IMG/VR virus record: IMGVR_UViG_3300037483_000122
Coordinates: 1-44,241 of that record
Strand: one strand, 5' to 3'
Origin: a virus
Taxonomy: Duplodnaviria > Caudoviricetes
DNA length: 44,241 bases
Positions 25,025 through 35,514 of the stretch are shown one piece after another (the first letter of the stretch is position 1; every line of letters begins with the position of its first letter). The notes beneath the pieces were generated by a model, which worked only from the letters and a program-made list of their open reading frames with translations, had not been told where the DNA came from and made no database searches. Position numbers and translations under genes: made by a program.

Positions 25025-26735
25025 TTTCTTAAAAGGACTCGCTACAGCACCTGTAGCGGCTATTGACTTGGAGACTAATGGACAGGATTGCAGAGATGGA
25101 CGAGGCTACACACAAGGAATATCTGCGGCCTATGAATACCCCGGTTTGGGACTTATCTCTCACTACATGCCATTTAGACACCTTTACGGAACTAACCTGG
25201 AGATATCTATATGGCTGCCAAGAGTCAAAGAAGCCATTGAGTCTAGAGATTCTCTCATCACTGTAACACACAATAATAAAGCTGATATAGTATTTGCAGA
25301 TAGTTTTGGTATTGATATTAGGATGCCAGGACTACTCTGTACTATGTTAATGGCTCATCTAATTAATGAAATACTACCATATAAGAAATCACTTGATAGT
25401 GTTGGAAAATACTACTTAAACGATCCGGGTAAGAAAGAATCACCTGAGTTCATAGCATTGCGTGATAAAGTAGGATGGCACGCTATACCATCTGAACTTA
25501 TGTATGAGTACGCTAGGTATGATTCAGATTTAGACTATAGAATATACTTCAAACTACTTCCTAAATGGAATGCTGAAGAACTACAAGACTACTGGCCACT
25601 AAAACAAAAGACAACCAATGTAGTGATTGAAATGGAACGTCGTGGAGTTCTCATTGATGTGCCGTTATGTAAACATATGACGGTTATTGGCAATGAGCAA
25701 ATGGGAGAACTCACCGAATTACTAGGTTTCAATCCAGGATCTACTAAAGAATTAGGCAAAGTCCTAATTGATAAAATGGGACTTCCTGTAGTTAAAAAGA
25801 CCCCAGCTGGCAAACCATCCTTTGATAAGTACGCTATGGAAGAATACGAAGAGATTCTTGAAAGGATGGAGGATGAAACAGCGCAATATATTCTTACCTA
25901 CCGGGGCTGGCAGAAGTCAGTATCTTCAAATTTCGTACCCTATGTTGCCTTACTTTCACCGGATGGGCGCCTTCGTCCTAATTACAAACTACACGGCACC
26001 AAGACTGGTCGTTTTTCTTGCGAAAAACCGAACTTGCAACAAATTCCACGGGTAAGTGACAAACCCTGGAATGGCGAAATGAAACAGGCATTTATCGCTA
26101 TGCCAGGATATTCTCTATGGGAGGCTGACTATGGTCAGTTGGAGTTTCGTCTTGCCACGGCATATGCTAAAGAGCAGTCCCTACTCGCAATTTTTGCTGA
26201 AGATAGAGATATATTCTCGGAAATGGCCGCTGTTACTGGCCTGGCACGCCATGACCAAAAAACACTTGTGTACACAATTCAGTATGGAGGGGGAGTCAGG
26301 AGAGTTTCAAACGTATTCGGTGTTACGCCGCAAAGGGCTAAAGACCTTATTGAAGGTTACTATCGAGCCTATCCCGGGTTCAGAGTTGTTAACGCCAGAG
26401 CCCAGCAAGTAACTAGAGCTAAAGGAAAAGTTCAACTTTGGAGTGGGCGCTACAGGCATTTTCAGTGGCCTAAAGATGAGGCCCATAAAGCTTTCAACTC
26501 TATAATTCAAGGCGGCGCGGCAGATATTGTCGAAGGCTCCATGCACCGTTTATATGACGGAGTAGACGACGAAGACAAGTGTAGGATGCTACTCCAGGTA
26601 CACGATTCTATTGTGTTTGAAATTAGAGATGATCTAGTAGATCACTATAGGCCACAAATTATAGACATAATGGAAAGTGTACCAGTAGACTTTGGCGTCC
26701 GATTCAAAGTTGATTTTCATAGATGGGGAGAGTAA
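24942..26735 (+). CDS. DNA polymerase family A with 3'-5' exonuclease
   Basis: IDLET, HNNKAD, YARYD, TGRFSCEKPNLQQIP, ADYGQLEFR, KTLVYTIQYG, NSIIQGGAAD, QVHDSI; start uncertain. Confidence 0.95.
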   Translation: MDFKKVLLPPKMNPLTGEFHTLTLELDDFLKGLATAPVAAIDLETNGQDCRDGRGYTQGISAAYEYPGLGLISHYMPFRHLYGTNLEISIWLPRVKEAIESRDSLITVTHNNKADIVFADSFGIDIRMPGLLCTMLMAHLINEILPYKKSLDSVGKYYLNDPGKKESPEFIALRDKVGWHAIPSELMYEYARYDSDLDYRIYFKLLPKWNAEELQDYWPLKQKTTNVVIEMERRGVLIDVPLCKHMTVIGNEQMGELTELLGFNPGSTKELGKVLIDKMGLPVVKKTPAGKPSFDKYAMEEYEEILERMEDETAQYILTYRGWQKSVSSNFVPYVALLSPDGRLRPNYKLHGTKTGRFSCEKPNLQQIPRVSDKPWNGEMKQAFIAMPGYSLWEADYGQLEFRLATAYAKEQSLLAIFAEDRDIFSEMAAVTGLARHDQKTLVYTIQYGGGVRRVSNVFGVTPQRAKDLIEGYYRAYPGFRVVNARAQQVTRAKGKVQLWSGRYRHFQWPKDEAHKAFNSIIQGGAADIVEGSMHRLYDGVDDEDKCRMLLQVHDSIVFEIRDDLVDHYRPQIIDIMESVPVDFGVRFKVDFHRWGE

Positions 26736-27217
26736 TGCTTACAACACTAGATCACCCTATGAAAACCTATCCAGCGTTTGATCCAGGAGTTACAACTGGA
26801 TACGCTATCTTTCGAGAAGATGGAGAGATACTAAAACTTGGCCAACTATCTTTTGATGAGCTTTGTAGATTTCTTGATTTAGATGACGAACTATTGGCCA
26901 GCCCTATCAAAGTCATCTGTGAGGACTATAAAATTTTCAGAAAGAAGGCTAAAGCCCATATTGGGTCCCGAGTCCCAACAGTGGCCGCGATTGGAGTTAT
27001 CAGAGCCTACGCACTAAAAAAGAAGGCAGAAGTTATACTCCAACCTTCTAACATAATGCAAACAGCTTCTTTATGGACAGGTATCCCACATCCAGACTCT
27101 ATGGAACACTCAGGATCACATAAATATGCAGCTGCACTTCATGGGTCTTTCTACTTAATCAAAGAAGGTATTCTTCAAACTAAGTTGGAGAAAGAACATG
27201 GGACGCCGAAAGCTTAG
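26723..27217 (+). CDS. RuvC-like Holliday junction resolvase
   Basis: AFDPGVTTGYA, VICEDY; start may be a later ATG. Confidence 0.75.
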   Translation: MGRVMLTTLDHPMKTYPAFDPGVTTGYAIFREDGEILKLGQLSFDELCRFLDLDDELLASPIKVICEDYKIFRKKAKAHIGSRVPTVAAIGVIRAYALKKKAEVILQPSNIMQTASLWTGIPHPDSMEHSGSHKYAAALHGSFYLIKEGILQTKLEKEHGTPKA

Positions 27218-27707
27218 TGACAAAGAGAAAGCTGGTAGAAAGCTAGCATCCCTACTAAAAGTCCCGCTACAGGATGATGTAGTACAAGAAGCTATAGAAG
27301 ATATTAGATCAGAAAACTATAAGCCGCCCGCTCATTGGGAAATTGAAGCTGTACTTCGATCTTTAGAGAAGCCAGCAGCTTTTACATATAAGAAATGTAA
27401 GCGGTGCGGCGAAATGTTCGGTACTAATTACAGAGCTGTAGCGTACTGCTCTGACCACTGTCGTCAGGTTGGGTTTCAAAATCAAACCGGAATACGTTGG
27501 AATCCTCTTCGTTCAACACCGGAGCAACGATGGGGAGGGGAACCTCCACTAATTGTTTCTCCAGATGTGCTGAAGAAACTTCTTCCATGGGCTGAGCATC
27601 TTGTATCTCAAAGTCAAAAAATGGAACCACAGGTTGAACCTGAGGTAGTCCATCGGGATGATCAGAAACCTTCTTTTGACTCTCCATTTGATTTCGATAA
27701 TCTCTAA
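27198..27707 (+). CDS. Zinc-finger hypothetical protein
   Basis: CKRC...YCSDHCR. Confidence 0.75.
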   Translation: MGRRKLSDKEKAGRKLASLLKVPLQDDVVQEAIEDIRSENYKPPAHWEIEAVLRSLEKPAAFTYKKCKRCGEMFGTNYRAVAYCSDHCRQVGFQNQTGIRWNPLRSTPEQRWGGEPPLIVSPDVLKKLLPWAEHLVSQSQKMEPQVEPEVVHRDDQKPSFDSPFDFDNL

Positions 27708-28038
27708 CAATATCGTGTATTTCTGATCTCTCAGGAAGTCTACTAGGCTCAAACCAGCCTTCGTCGATTGCTTGGCGGACCGCTTTGACTCCAAGTGTTG
27801 GGAATATAGTTTGTCTCTCATCCCTACTAAGTCCTCCCCATACTCCGTATTCGTCATGAACTAGAGCGTCTAATAAACATATCTGTTTAACAGGACATGT
27901 CATGCAATAGTCCTGATACCTACGTTTAGCAGGAGGTCTACCTTTACCAGGGAAAAATAAAGAGTCATTGCGTTTGATAACTTCTTTATTATGAGAAACA
28001 CAGTGGCCCCGTGCCTGCCATCCCTCTTGGTATGTCAT
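27424..28038 (-). CDS. whiB: WhiB-family transcription factor with long C-terminal extension
   Basis: WQARGHC, LFFP, CMTCPVKQICL, YGVWGGLSRDER. Confidence 0.9.
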   Translation of the reverse strand: MTYQEGWQARGHCVSHNKEVIKRNDSLFFPGKGRPPAKRRYQDYCMTCPVKQICLLDALVHDEYGVWGGLSRDERQTIFPTLGVKAVRQAIDEGWFEPSRLPERSEIHDIVRDYRNQMESQKKVSDHPDGLPQVQPVVPFFDFEIQDAQPMEEVSSAHLEKQLVEVPLPIVAPVLNEEDSNVFRFDFETQPDDSGQSSTLQLCN

Positions 28039-28044
28039 ACCTCA

Positions 28045-28074
28045 AGGGTGCAGTACGGGGCCCTGTGCTGTCAA
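28045..28074 (-). promoter_or_regulatory. Probable leaderless promoter of whiB
   Basis: TTGACA-N18-CACCCT, then 6 nt to ATG. Confidence 0.55.
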
Positions 28075-28080
28075 TAGGGT

Positions 28081-28278
28081 CTAGGAGTCGCTGTGCTCCT
28101 CTGAGACAGCCTTCTGATGTTTTGATATAGGAGACACTGAGTAGTAAGCAGCTATAGCGATAAAAGCATTAGCTACTTGATCCCATGGAGTAGGAATTAA
28201 ACCAGCCGCAAGCATAGCAGCTGTAATCGAAACTAAACCTACTGCCGATTTTCTTACAATACTCATTGTCTTACTCAT
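28081..28278 (-). CDS. Holin-like two-TM protein
   Basis: 65 aa, two hydrophobic helices, charged C-terminus, end of virion operon. Confidence 0.6.
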   Translation of the reverse strand: MSKTMSIVRKSAVGLVSITAAMLAAGLIPTPWDQVANAFIAIAAYYSVSPISKHQKAVSEEHSDS

Positions 28279-28583
28279 GGTAGGATCAACCTACTTCCTG
28301 AAACAACTACTAGTCCTAGTATAGCAATTATAACGGTGGACAAAACTAGCCATGTAACCTTGTTTCGTTGGTTATTAAGATCACTAATCTGAGTCTGAAG
28401 TCCATCTATTACTGCGTTAAAAGTATCCTTACTTATGTACCGGTCAGGCAATGTATCAATTTTTTGCATTACCTCACCTACCTTAGCATCTACATGAGTA
28501 CGGACAGACCGTACGTCCTCCCGTAACTCAGATAATCTATCATTAATAGAAGTCAAAATAGTGTCGGAGGCTCCCGTTGTCAC
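28275..28583 (-). CDS. Coiled-coil protein with C-terminal TM, lysis-associated
   Basis: Heptad pattern and WLVLSTVIIAILGLVVV. Confidence 0.7.
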   Translation of the reverse strand: MTTGASDTILTSINDRLSELREDVRSVRTHVDAKVGEVMQKIDTLPDRYISKDTFNAVIDGLQTQISDLNNQRNKVTWLVLSTVIIAILGLVVVSGSRLILP

Positions 28584-29206
28584 TATAAAATTCCCATCGC
28601 CCTGAGGATCCCCCGAGCGTATGCATTAATACTAGAGTATGCGCCTTGTGGCCTATTGTAGAAACCACTATTGGTATTTCTAGCCCAACCTGCTACTCTT
28701 CCCGGTCCCGCATACCACGCTACAGCTGCCCCACCAGGTCCGTATTGATTATAGTACCTGCGCAGCATGTATTGAGCGACCTGCTCCTGTAGCGACGGCG
28801 ACCTTAGGAATTGAGATGTGCTAATACTATGCCCTAAAGCTTGTCGAGACCATGAGGGTATGTTACCAGGCATAATCTGATATTTCCCTAGTGCACCAGA
28901 GTCACGGTTGACAGCCCCGTAGTTGCCACCAGACTCACGTTGGGAAATAGCTCTCATAAAGTTTTCAAAAGTATTGCCCCCTCCTTGAGCCGGAGGAGTA
29001 TATCCAATACCACCCCCACCGCTAGAACTACTCCTACCGTATGAGGAAGAAGCAGGAGCTTGTACTTGCTGTGGAGGATGTGCTGCTCTATATGCCTGTA
29101 AAGAAGCCTGGGTATTAGACAATGACGACTTAGACCAGTCACTAATTGTACTAAGTCTAGTCATCAATGCCTGATGAAAGGGGTCAGGTGTGTACGTAGT
29201 AGCCAC
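28583..29206 (-). CDS. Virion-associated lytic transglycosylase (lysozyme-like fold)
   Basis: RESGGNY, ALGKYQIMP, AVAWYAGPG. Confidence 0.85.
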   Translation of the reverse strand: MATTYTPDPFHQALMTRLSTISDWSKSSLSNTQASLQAYRAAHPPQQVQAPASSSYGRSSSSGGGGIGYTPPAQGGGNTFENFMRAISQRESGGNYGAVNRDSGALGKYQIMPGNIPSWSRQALGHSISTSQFLRSPSLQEQVAQYMLRRYYNQYGPGGAAVAWYAGPGRVAGWARNTNSGFYNRPQGAYSSINAYARGILRAMGIL

Positions 29207-29207
29207 T

Positions 29208-32200
29208 CTACTTTCCCCTTAATTTATCACGTAGTTCAAACTGCGCGGTTCTTATGTAGTTAGGCTTACTATAGTCTACTTGTCCTAGACCAGTCAATAA
29301 ATTAAATATAGCTGTAGTATCTGCACCTTCTGGCCTATTACCTCTAGCTGTATCTTTTGTAGGAGATCCCAGACCTGTAACTGTATGGCCAAATATCCTA
29401 TCGAAGTAGCCTAATCCTGGTATTTGCTGGTCCAGGTATTCTGGGGTATTAGTGATGTTTCCACCTGTACGTACATTCTTACCAAATGCAAGTTCAAGTG
29501 GTACACGCGCTACAGGGCTCGTAGCTCCCAATACTTGCCTACCAGGATCGTTGCCTCCATATTGAGATAGAATCTGACTAGCAGGATCAGGCCAGTTAAT
29601 ACCTCTATAATGGGAGCCACCTTCCATACCTGTTCCTGGTATTCCAGGTAACGAACCTTGCCACTGAGGGCCGAAAACTTGGTCTGTTAGGAAGCTGGGG
29701 AATAGCTGATCATTAGGGAATGGATTAGAGATAGACTCAGGATCAATACCCATCGCTATTGAGAAGTTATACATAGCCTTAGGCATAACCATAGCCTTGC
29801 CAGGCTTCATAGCTAAGGTCTCAATAACTAGCGGAATAGCTTTACGCTGCCAAGAATAGAACATGAAAGCTCTACGCATGTACTTAGACTCGAAGTTAGA
29901 TAAGTCTCCACCATCAGGGTGCCACTTACGAACAGTGTTACCCGCTGCATCAAATGCTTCGTCTAGTGACTTCCAGTTACCTTTTTGAAGGACATCAATT
30001 TGATGAGCAATACGGACCCAGTGATCCCTAGCCTGAGATAGTCCACCAGCAGCTTTTCGTACGTTGCCACCAAAGGGCCTAGTTATGCCGTATTTTCTAC
30101 CTGTAGTCATACCTTGAGACTGACGTAGGTTGAAGGCTGTATCCTCAAGAGTTCTATAATCAGGAACTAGACCTTTTTCAAAGGCCATTCTCCAGATAGT
30201 ATCGTCATCAACAAATGTCTTTTTACCATTAATCTTTATATGTATACCCTTACCATTGGCTACATCAGGTAGGGATTTACCCTCAGTAAGAGCTTTAAGG
30301 CCATCCCAATCCCTGTATGCCTTAGCACGACGTCCCATAATCCTAGCAGCTTTAGCGTACACTGTAGGATTATTGACACCAGCAAACCAAGATAAAGTAA
30401 CATCACCTATAAAGTTAGAAACATGGTGACCAGGACGATAAATAGTCATGCCCGATTTCCAAGCATGTATAAGAGTATCGTAATGCCTCATTACAGCGGC
30501 TACATTGGGATTTTTAAATCCGGTAAACTGACCTTTAAGAGCTTTATCTAGCCACTGTAGCTGATCCACCATTTCACGAGGATAATAGAGACTCTGATCA
30601 ATGTACGGAGCTATGTAACTAGTACCATTTTTATCTGTAATTTTAACATAGCTATCATCTGGTCTAGTAGCCCTACCAAATTCATGGCTAAAACTAGCAC
30701 CTATAGTAGTTTCAACAGATGCCTTCTGCATAGCAGCGTGGTACTTATCCATAATGGATAGTGGATCCTCCACACCAGTCCATGTTTTCCAGATATCAGC
30801 CTGTTCAGCTATAGACTTAGTCCCATCAAAAAGAAACTCATCTGGGACACCATAGTAGGACAGAGCTCTATTAACACGCTCAGGCACAAAACCATTTCGT
30901 TGTGCAAAAGACCCTAGACCGTTAGCAGCAGACCCAAATGTTATGTCTATGCTCTTTTGTAGCTGATCCACTAAATCGGCCATTACAGTATCCGCTACAG
31001 GTGTACCCTCTTGGGCATGCTTAAAGGCATCTTGTATCGACTTGTTTACATCAGGACCATAAGCCTTGTGTGCCATCTCCCACAGATTAGACATTAGGGA
31101 AGAGTGCATTCTGGCGAAGTCTTGAGTAACGCTCCTGCGGTCCCGCAGAATTAAATGTAGGTCCCTGTTGCCATAGTGAGGTACGAAAGCCTCACCCATG
31201 ACGTCTTTAAAAGCAACTATCTTTTCGTCTAAAGGTACACCAGCTTTGAATAAGGCAGTATACAGTCTACTCTCGTACTTCTGGCCAATATCGACTACGT
31301 CCCCTGCCGCTAGATCAGCAGCAGAGGCTCTAGCCGCGTATTGATTTTTAGCTACCTTAGGATCTCCGGGTTTCGCAGCAAATGCTTTTGCGGCAGTGGA
31401 CTCCGCAATATCACTTGGAGAGACTGAAGATGCTAATTTAGCATCAACTAGATCGTTAGCTAGCTTTACAGAACCAGCAGGAGCTGCAATGCTTTTGCCG
31501 ATAGCAGCAACGGAATTACCACGATTAACAAAGTCACCAAAAGCTTCGCCGATAGAGACATTAGGATCCGCAAATTTCTGTGCGATATTCTTGATTACAG
31601 GATCTGTCATAGAAACGACAGCAGTACCCGTCTTCATAGACTCACGGGCGTAGTTTTCTTCTACACGTTGAACTAATTCATCGCTATGTGCAAGAAGTTC
31701 ATCAATTACTGTATTAGTAAATACCTCACTGTTCTTCATACTTGCTATTTTAGCATTATTGTGTATAACATTGAACGCATCTACACGTGCTACGTCTAAT
31801 GATGTGCCTTCTATTATAGACTTAGCAATAGAGGCTGCAGCATCTAACATAGCTGTAGGATAGACAGAAGATGCAGGTGTAAATAGGTACTTCTCTACTA
31901 GAGGTCTTGGTAGCGCGTCAATTACGTCGCTAAGACTAAGGAGAATACCCTTATTGTCCGTTCCCGCAATAAGTTTAACGCCTTCTTTACGCATTAATAG
32001 ATCAGCAGCGCGTAGTTCTGGCACGATACGGTCGTATAGGATACTAGCACGCTGTTTGAACATAGCGCGCTTAGCACCCTTAGAAGTAGCAGCTTCTGTT
32101 CCCTTTTTGAAATCAGCAGAAGCTCGCCGTATTAGAGTCCTAAATACATCAGACTGTGAATAGGAGTTCCAGCCATGAAGATTGCGGGCCCGTCCCTGAC

Positions 32201-34382
32201 CTGGGGTTCTACTAGTACGAAGAGACTTCTTAATATCCGTAACCCATGGATATATTTTAGGATCTAAAGGCTTAAGGATATTTTCCATGACGGCGTAGCC
32301 CAGTGCACTAGCCAAGTCCTTAATTTGGGCTTGATCTAATGTAGGCATAACTTTATCCAGCTGTGCACCCTCTGTGACTAGTTGCTCAGCTGGTTTAACA
32401 CCTGTAGCGAAAGTATCTGTAGCCTTAGCCTCAGCTCCTGTAAGACGCTGTAGCTTAGCAGAAGGCTTAGGCGCAGCAGGCTTGGCCGCTACAGGGGCTT
32501 TCTTCCGTTCTCCAGTCTTATCAATAATGGCACGTGCCTTGGAACGAAGATCAGCTAGTGATTTAGCTCCGGCAGTATCTAGCAGCTGCTTAAGAGCGTC
32601 AGCAGGAATCATTCCTTGTTCGGCAGCACTGATTACTTCATCTAGGGTCTTAAAGTTACCTACTATGACCTTAGTCTTAATTTCAGCAAGACGCTTATCA
32701 AAGGAAGATCTTGAGCCTGCTTTTCTAAGATAGGCCATCTCTTCTTTAGTCAAAACTCCGGCGTGCTTAGACATCCATGAGATAGTCTCAGCTGGAGTCA
32801 TACGGACTGCTTTAGTCGTAGTAGTGGAGGTAGTCTCATGGACTACTTTAGAAACAGTTCTAGTTGCAGGTGGCTTTTCAAAATCGAACTTGAAAGGCTC
32901 AGCTACAACTTTGGCTTCACCTGTAGGACTTATAGCTTTTACAGTTATACCTAAGTCAGTGAGGTACTCACCAAGAGGGACTAATGCACCTTTTGAATTA
33001 TGCAGATAGACGTTAGCCAGATCCTCAGCACTGTGAATTGGCTGCTCACCTAGGAACTTAGCAGACTTACTAAAACCACTAGTAACTCCACCAATTTCTC
33101 CACGCTTAAGTAGATCACTGGCCTGCGCTACAGTGAGTCCGAACGGAGTTTTCTTACCAGCACTAGTGTAAAGAGTAGCCCCTGTTTCCTCACCGACTCT
33201 AGGAAGCTTAGTCTTGTGCTCACCTGTCTTAAAAAGCCTTTTGGCTTCTTCATTAAAGACAGTATCAATCATCTTTAACTTAGAGGGGTCTGTAGTAGCC
33301 CGTGCAGTTCTAAGATAATCTGATACCTTAATGCCATTAATAGGATAGTCTTCAGCCTGCATAAGACTCATTTTAATAGCTCTAAGACTAGCTAATCTAG
33401 TATCAGATGCCCTAGGTGCAGCTTTAGCCTCGACTGGAACTTCTACTTGCTTAACTACTGGTACTGTACTTTCTACTGTTTGAGAGACATCTTTGAATAA
33501 AGGTTCCACAGAAATGCCAGAGGGGTGGACAAGCTTAGGCATTCCCTGAATCTGACTTGTCAGAGACTGCGCTGTAGCGGTTCTTATGACATCCGGAGAA
33601 GTGATATCAATTACACCGCTAGGTGATCCTACAAATGTTCTATTGCCAGGCTTAGGTCCCTCTAGTGCATATCTAGCAAAAGCATCAGCTTGTCCTTTAG
33701 GAAGTACAGTGCCTTCTAAAACTTTAGGAACAGCATTATCTACAGCACTCGTTACTTTAGCAGCTCTTCCTACAGAGCCTGCTTTAGCTACTATACCGCC
33801 TACAGGTATATAAGTAGTAGGATCTAAAAAGATATCCCCTACAAGACCGCCTGTACCTTTAACCCAACCTGGAGCATTTGGAAATTCCTGCTCTATGACA
33901 TCAGCATATGTAGATTTATCTTTACCTGATAGCCCTGCCCATGCGGCCCCTGGGATACCTGTTATATCTCCACTACTAGCCGCCTTAGCTACATCAGCAG
34001 AGGCATAGGTACTCCTAGACAGTATGTCAATAATTCTCTTACCGACAGAAGTATCAGAACCTTTAGATAGCCCAACTGCTCCCCAAGCACTTGGTAAATA
34101 AGGAGCAGCTTTGCTTTCAATATGAGCTAAAGATTTAGCCCAATCGGGTGCCCAATCGGGAGCCTTAAATAGATCCTTATTTCCTGTGTCAACTGAGGGT
34201 GGCGTTACTGGTGAAACAGCAGGTAAATCTCTACTAGCTAACATAGCATTTAGAGCAATTGCCTGAGGAGAGTAGGAACCCCCTCCTCCCAGACTATTTT
34301 GAGTCTGATTTAAAAGTGACATGCGATAGTTCTGCAACGCATAGATACGCGCTACAGCCTGCTGAAACCAGTCGGTTGCCAT
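29208..34382 (-). CDS. Large internal virion (ejection) protein
   Basis: 1724 aa, Ala-rich, DIFLDPTTYIP, RPGHHVSNFIG, FMFYSWQRK motifs; position typical of podovirus ejection proteins. Confidence 0.75.
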   Translation of the reverse strand: MATDWFQQAVARIYALQNYRMSLLNQTQNSLGGGGSYSPQAIALNAMLASRDLPAVSPVTPPSVDTGNKDLFKAPDWAPDWAKSLAHIESKAAPYLPSAWGAVGLSKGSDTSVGKRIIDILSRSTYASADVAKAASSGDITGIPGAAWAGLSGKDKSTYADVIEQEFPNAPGWVKGTGGLVGDIFLDPTTYIPVGGIVAKAGSVGRAAKVTSAVDNAVPKVLEGTVLPKGQADAFARYALEGPKPGNRTFVGSPSGVIDITSPDVIRTATAQSLTSQIQGMPKLVHPSGISVEPLFKDVSQTVESTVPVVKQVEVPVEAKAAPRASDTRLASLRAIKMSLMQAEDYPINGIKVSDYLRTARATTDPSKLKMIDTVFNEEAKRLFKTGEHKTKLPRVGEETGATLYTSAGKKTPFGLTVAQASDLLKRGEIGGVTSGFSKSAKFLGEQPIHSAEDLANVYLHNSKGALVPLGEYLTDLGITVKAISPTGEAKVVAEPFKFDFEKPPATRTVSKVVHETTSTTTTKAVRMTPAETISWMSKHAGVLTKEEMAYLRKAGSRSSFDKRLAEIKTKVIVGNFKTLDEVISAAEQGMIPADALKQLLDTAGAKSLADLRSKARAIIDKTGERKKAPVAAKPAAPKPSAKLQRLTGAEAKATDTFATGVKPAEQLVTEGAQLDKVMPTLDQAQIKDLASALGYAVMENILKPLDPKIYPWVTDIKKSLRTSRTPGQGRARNLHGWNSYSQSDVFRTLIRRASADFKKGTEAATSKGAKRAMFKQRASILYDRIVPELRAADLLMRKEGVKLIAGTDNKGILLSLSDVIDALPRPLVEKYLFTPASSVYPTAMLDAAASIAKSIIEGTSLDVARVDAFNVIHNNAKIASMKNSEVFTNTVIDELLAHSDELVQRVEENYARESMKTGTAVVSMTDPVIKNIAQKFADPNVSIGEAFGDFVNRGNSVAAIGKSIAAPAGSVKLANDLVDAKLASSVSPSDIAESTAAKAFAAKPGDPKVAKNQYAARASAADLAAGDVVDIGQKYESRLYTALFKAGVPLDEKIVAFKDVMGEAFVPHYGNRDLHLILRDRRSVTQDFARMHSSLMSNLWEMAHKAYGPDVNKSIQDAFKHAQEGTPVADTVMADLVDQLQKSIDITFGSAANGLGSFAQRNGFVPERVNRALSYYGVPDEFLFDGTKSIAEQADIWKTWTGVEDPLSIMDKYHAAMQKASVETTIGASFSHEFGRATRPDDSYVKITDKNGTSYIAPYIDQSLYYPREMVDQLQWLDKALKGQFTGFKNPNVAAVMRHYDTLIHAWKSGMTIYRPGHHVSNFIGDVTLSWFAGVNNPTVYAKAARIMGRRAKAYRDWDGLKALTEGKSLPDVANGKGIHIKINGKKTFVDDDTIWRMAFEKGLVPDYRTLEDTAFNLRQSQGMTTGRKYGITRPFGGNVRKAAGGLSQARDHWVRIAHQIDVLQKGNWKSLDEAFDAAGNTVRKWHPDGGDLSNFESKYMRRAFMFYSWQRKAIPLVIETLAMKPGKAMVMPKAMYNFSIAMGIDPESISNPFPNDQLFPSFLTDQVFGPQWQGSLPGIPGTGMEGGSHYRGINWPDPASQILSQYGGNDPGRQVLGATSPVARVPLELAFGKNVRTGGNITNTPEYLDQQIPGLGYFDRIFGHTVTGLGSPTKDTARGNRPEGADTTAIFNLLTGLGQVDYSKPNYIRTAQFELRDKLRGK

Positions 34383-34384
34383 TT

Positions 34385-35500
34385 TTATCCCTGGGCTGAG
34401 TAGGGATTATACCTAGGATTGATCTGGTCATACATAAACGAGGCTAATGACATTAGCTGCTGATCGTCTAAAGCTGCGCCAGGGTTGGTTTTCTGTAGTT
34501 CATGGTTAGCATCTTTAACAGCCTGAACGAAAGCAAAACCATTAGGATAGCTGCCAGCATCATTACCAACAGACATAACTAAGTTCATAGCGGCGCCAGC
34601 ATTTTGGGGACCAAATAGCTGAGATGCCTGATAGTAGCCCTTATCAACAGGCCCCATCATACTCCATTGCTGAGACATACTAGGAGTTTGACTTTCCTGA
34701 GCCTGCTGTTGCTGACTAAGCTGGTTGTTATATGCTGAGTACGCCAAGTTCTGCTGATTTTGTAGCTGAGTTAGATAAGAGTTTTGCATTTCTTGGGTAG
34801 TCTTAGCTAGCTGACTGTTGTAGTTACCAGCAGCTTGGAGCCCTTGCTGCTCATACCCAGCAAGGGTTCTATTGAGAAGCTGAGCTAACTCAGACCTAGC
34901 ATTAGTTCCCTGTTGTCCTGCTATATTTTGCTGAGCAGTATTGAAAGCTAAATCTCCAGCTCGACTAGTACCTAGGGCATTATTAGCAGACTGACGATTA
35001 GCTGCTACGATACTACGCATTAGTGCTTCATTCGTATTAGACTGCCTAAGGGCATCCGGCGCGGCAGCTTCTAGCCCAAACTTAGCAAGCATAGCTTGCA
35101 TATCGTTCTGTGTGGTGTCAAAAGCACCACCAACATCTTTAGCGCCCTGGCTATAAGCGCTATTAACAGTACCGAATCCTTCGTTAAATATATTATTGAT
35201 ATTACCAGCATTTTTGCCAATATCAATACCAAGGGCTTTATACATGGCAGCTAGTTGAGCGTCGTTATAGGATGACTGCTTCCTAGCTCCACCCTTAGCA
35301 TTTTCAATTGCAGCCATCTGAGCCTGGTAAGCAGGGTCTAACTGCTGTTTAGCTAGCTGCGTAAAATCAGGCTGTGGCTGATTAAGTAGCTCTAGCAGCT
35401 GCTGTAGCGGATCTGGCTGTTGATAGGGTTCAGCAAGAGAGGTGCTTCCCCTTCTGTATCCACTATGTTCACCTGGCATATTAGCGGAAGCATTAGCCAT
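34385..35500 (-). CDS. Internal virion protein
   Basis: Q/A/N-rich helical, AAGGAGG RBS. Confidence 0.7.
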   Translation of the reverse strand: MANASANMPGEHSGYRRGSTSLAEPYQQPDPLQQLLELLNQPQPDFTQLAKQQLDPAYQAQMAAIENAKGGARKQSSYNDAQLAAMYKALGIDIGKNAGNINNIFNEGFGTVNSAYSQGAKDVGGAFDTTQNDMQAMLAKFGLEAAAPDALRQSNTNEALMRSIVAANRQSANNALGTSRAGDLAFNTAQQNIAGQQGTNARSELAQLLNRTLAGYEQQGLQAAGNYNSQLAKTTQEMQNSYLTQLQNQQNLAYSAYNNQLSQQQQAQESQTPSMSQQWSMMGPVDKGYYQASQLFGPQNAGAAMNLVMSVGNDAGSYPNGFAFVQAVKDANHELQKTNPGAALDDQQLMSLASFMYDQINPRYNPYSAQG

Positions 35501-35514
35501 GCTATTCCCTCCTT

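Noticed and set aside
7877-27707. Stop-codon reassignment or suppressor tRNA
   Set aside because: Genes are intact under the standard code with all three stops used; anticodon TAA reads Leu UUA, not a stop
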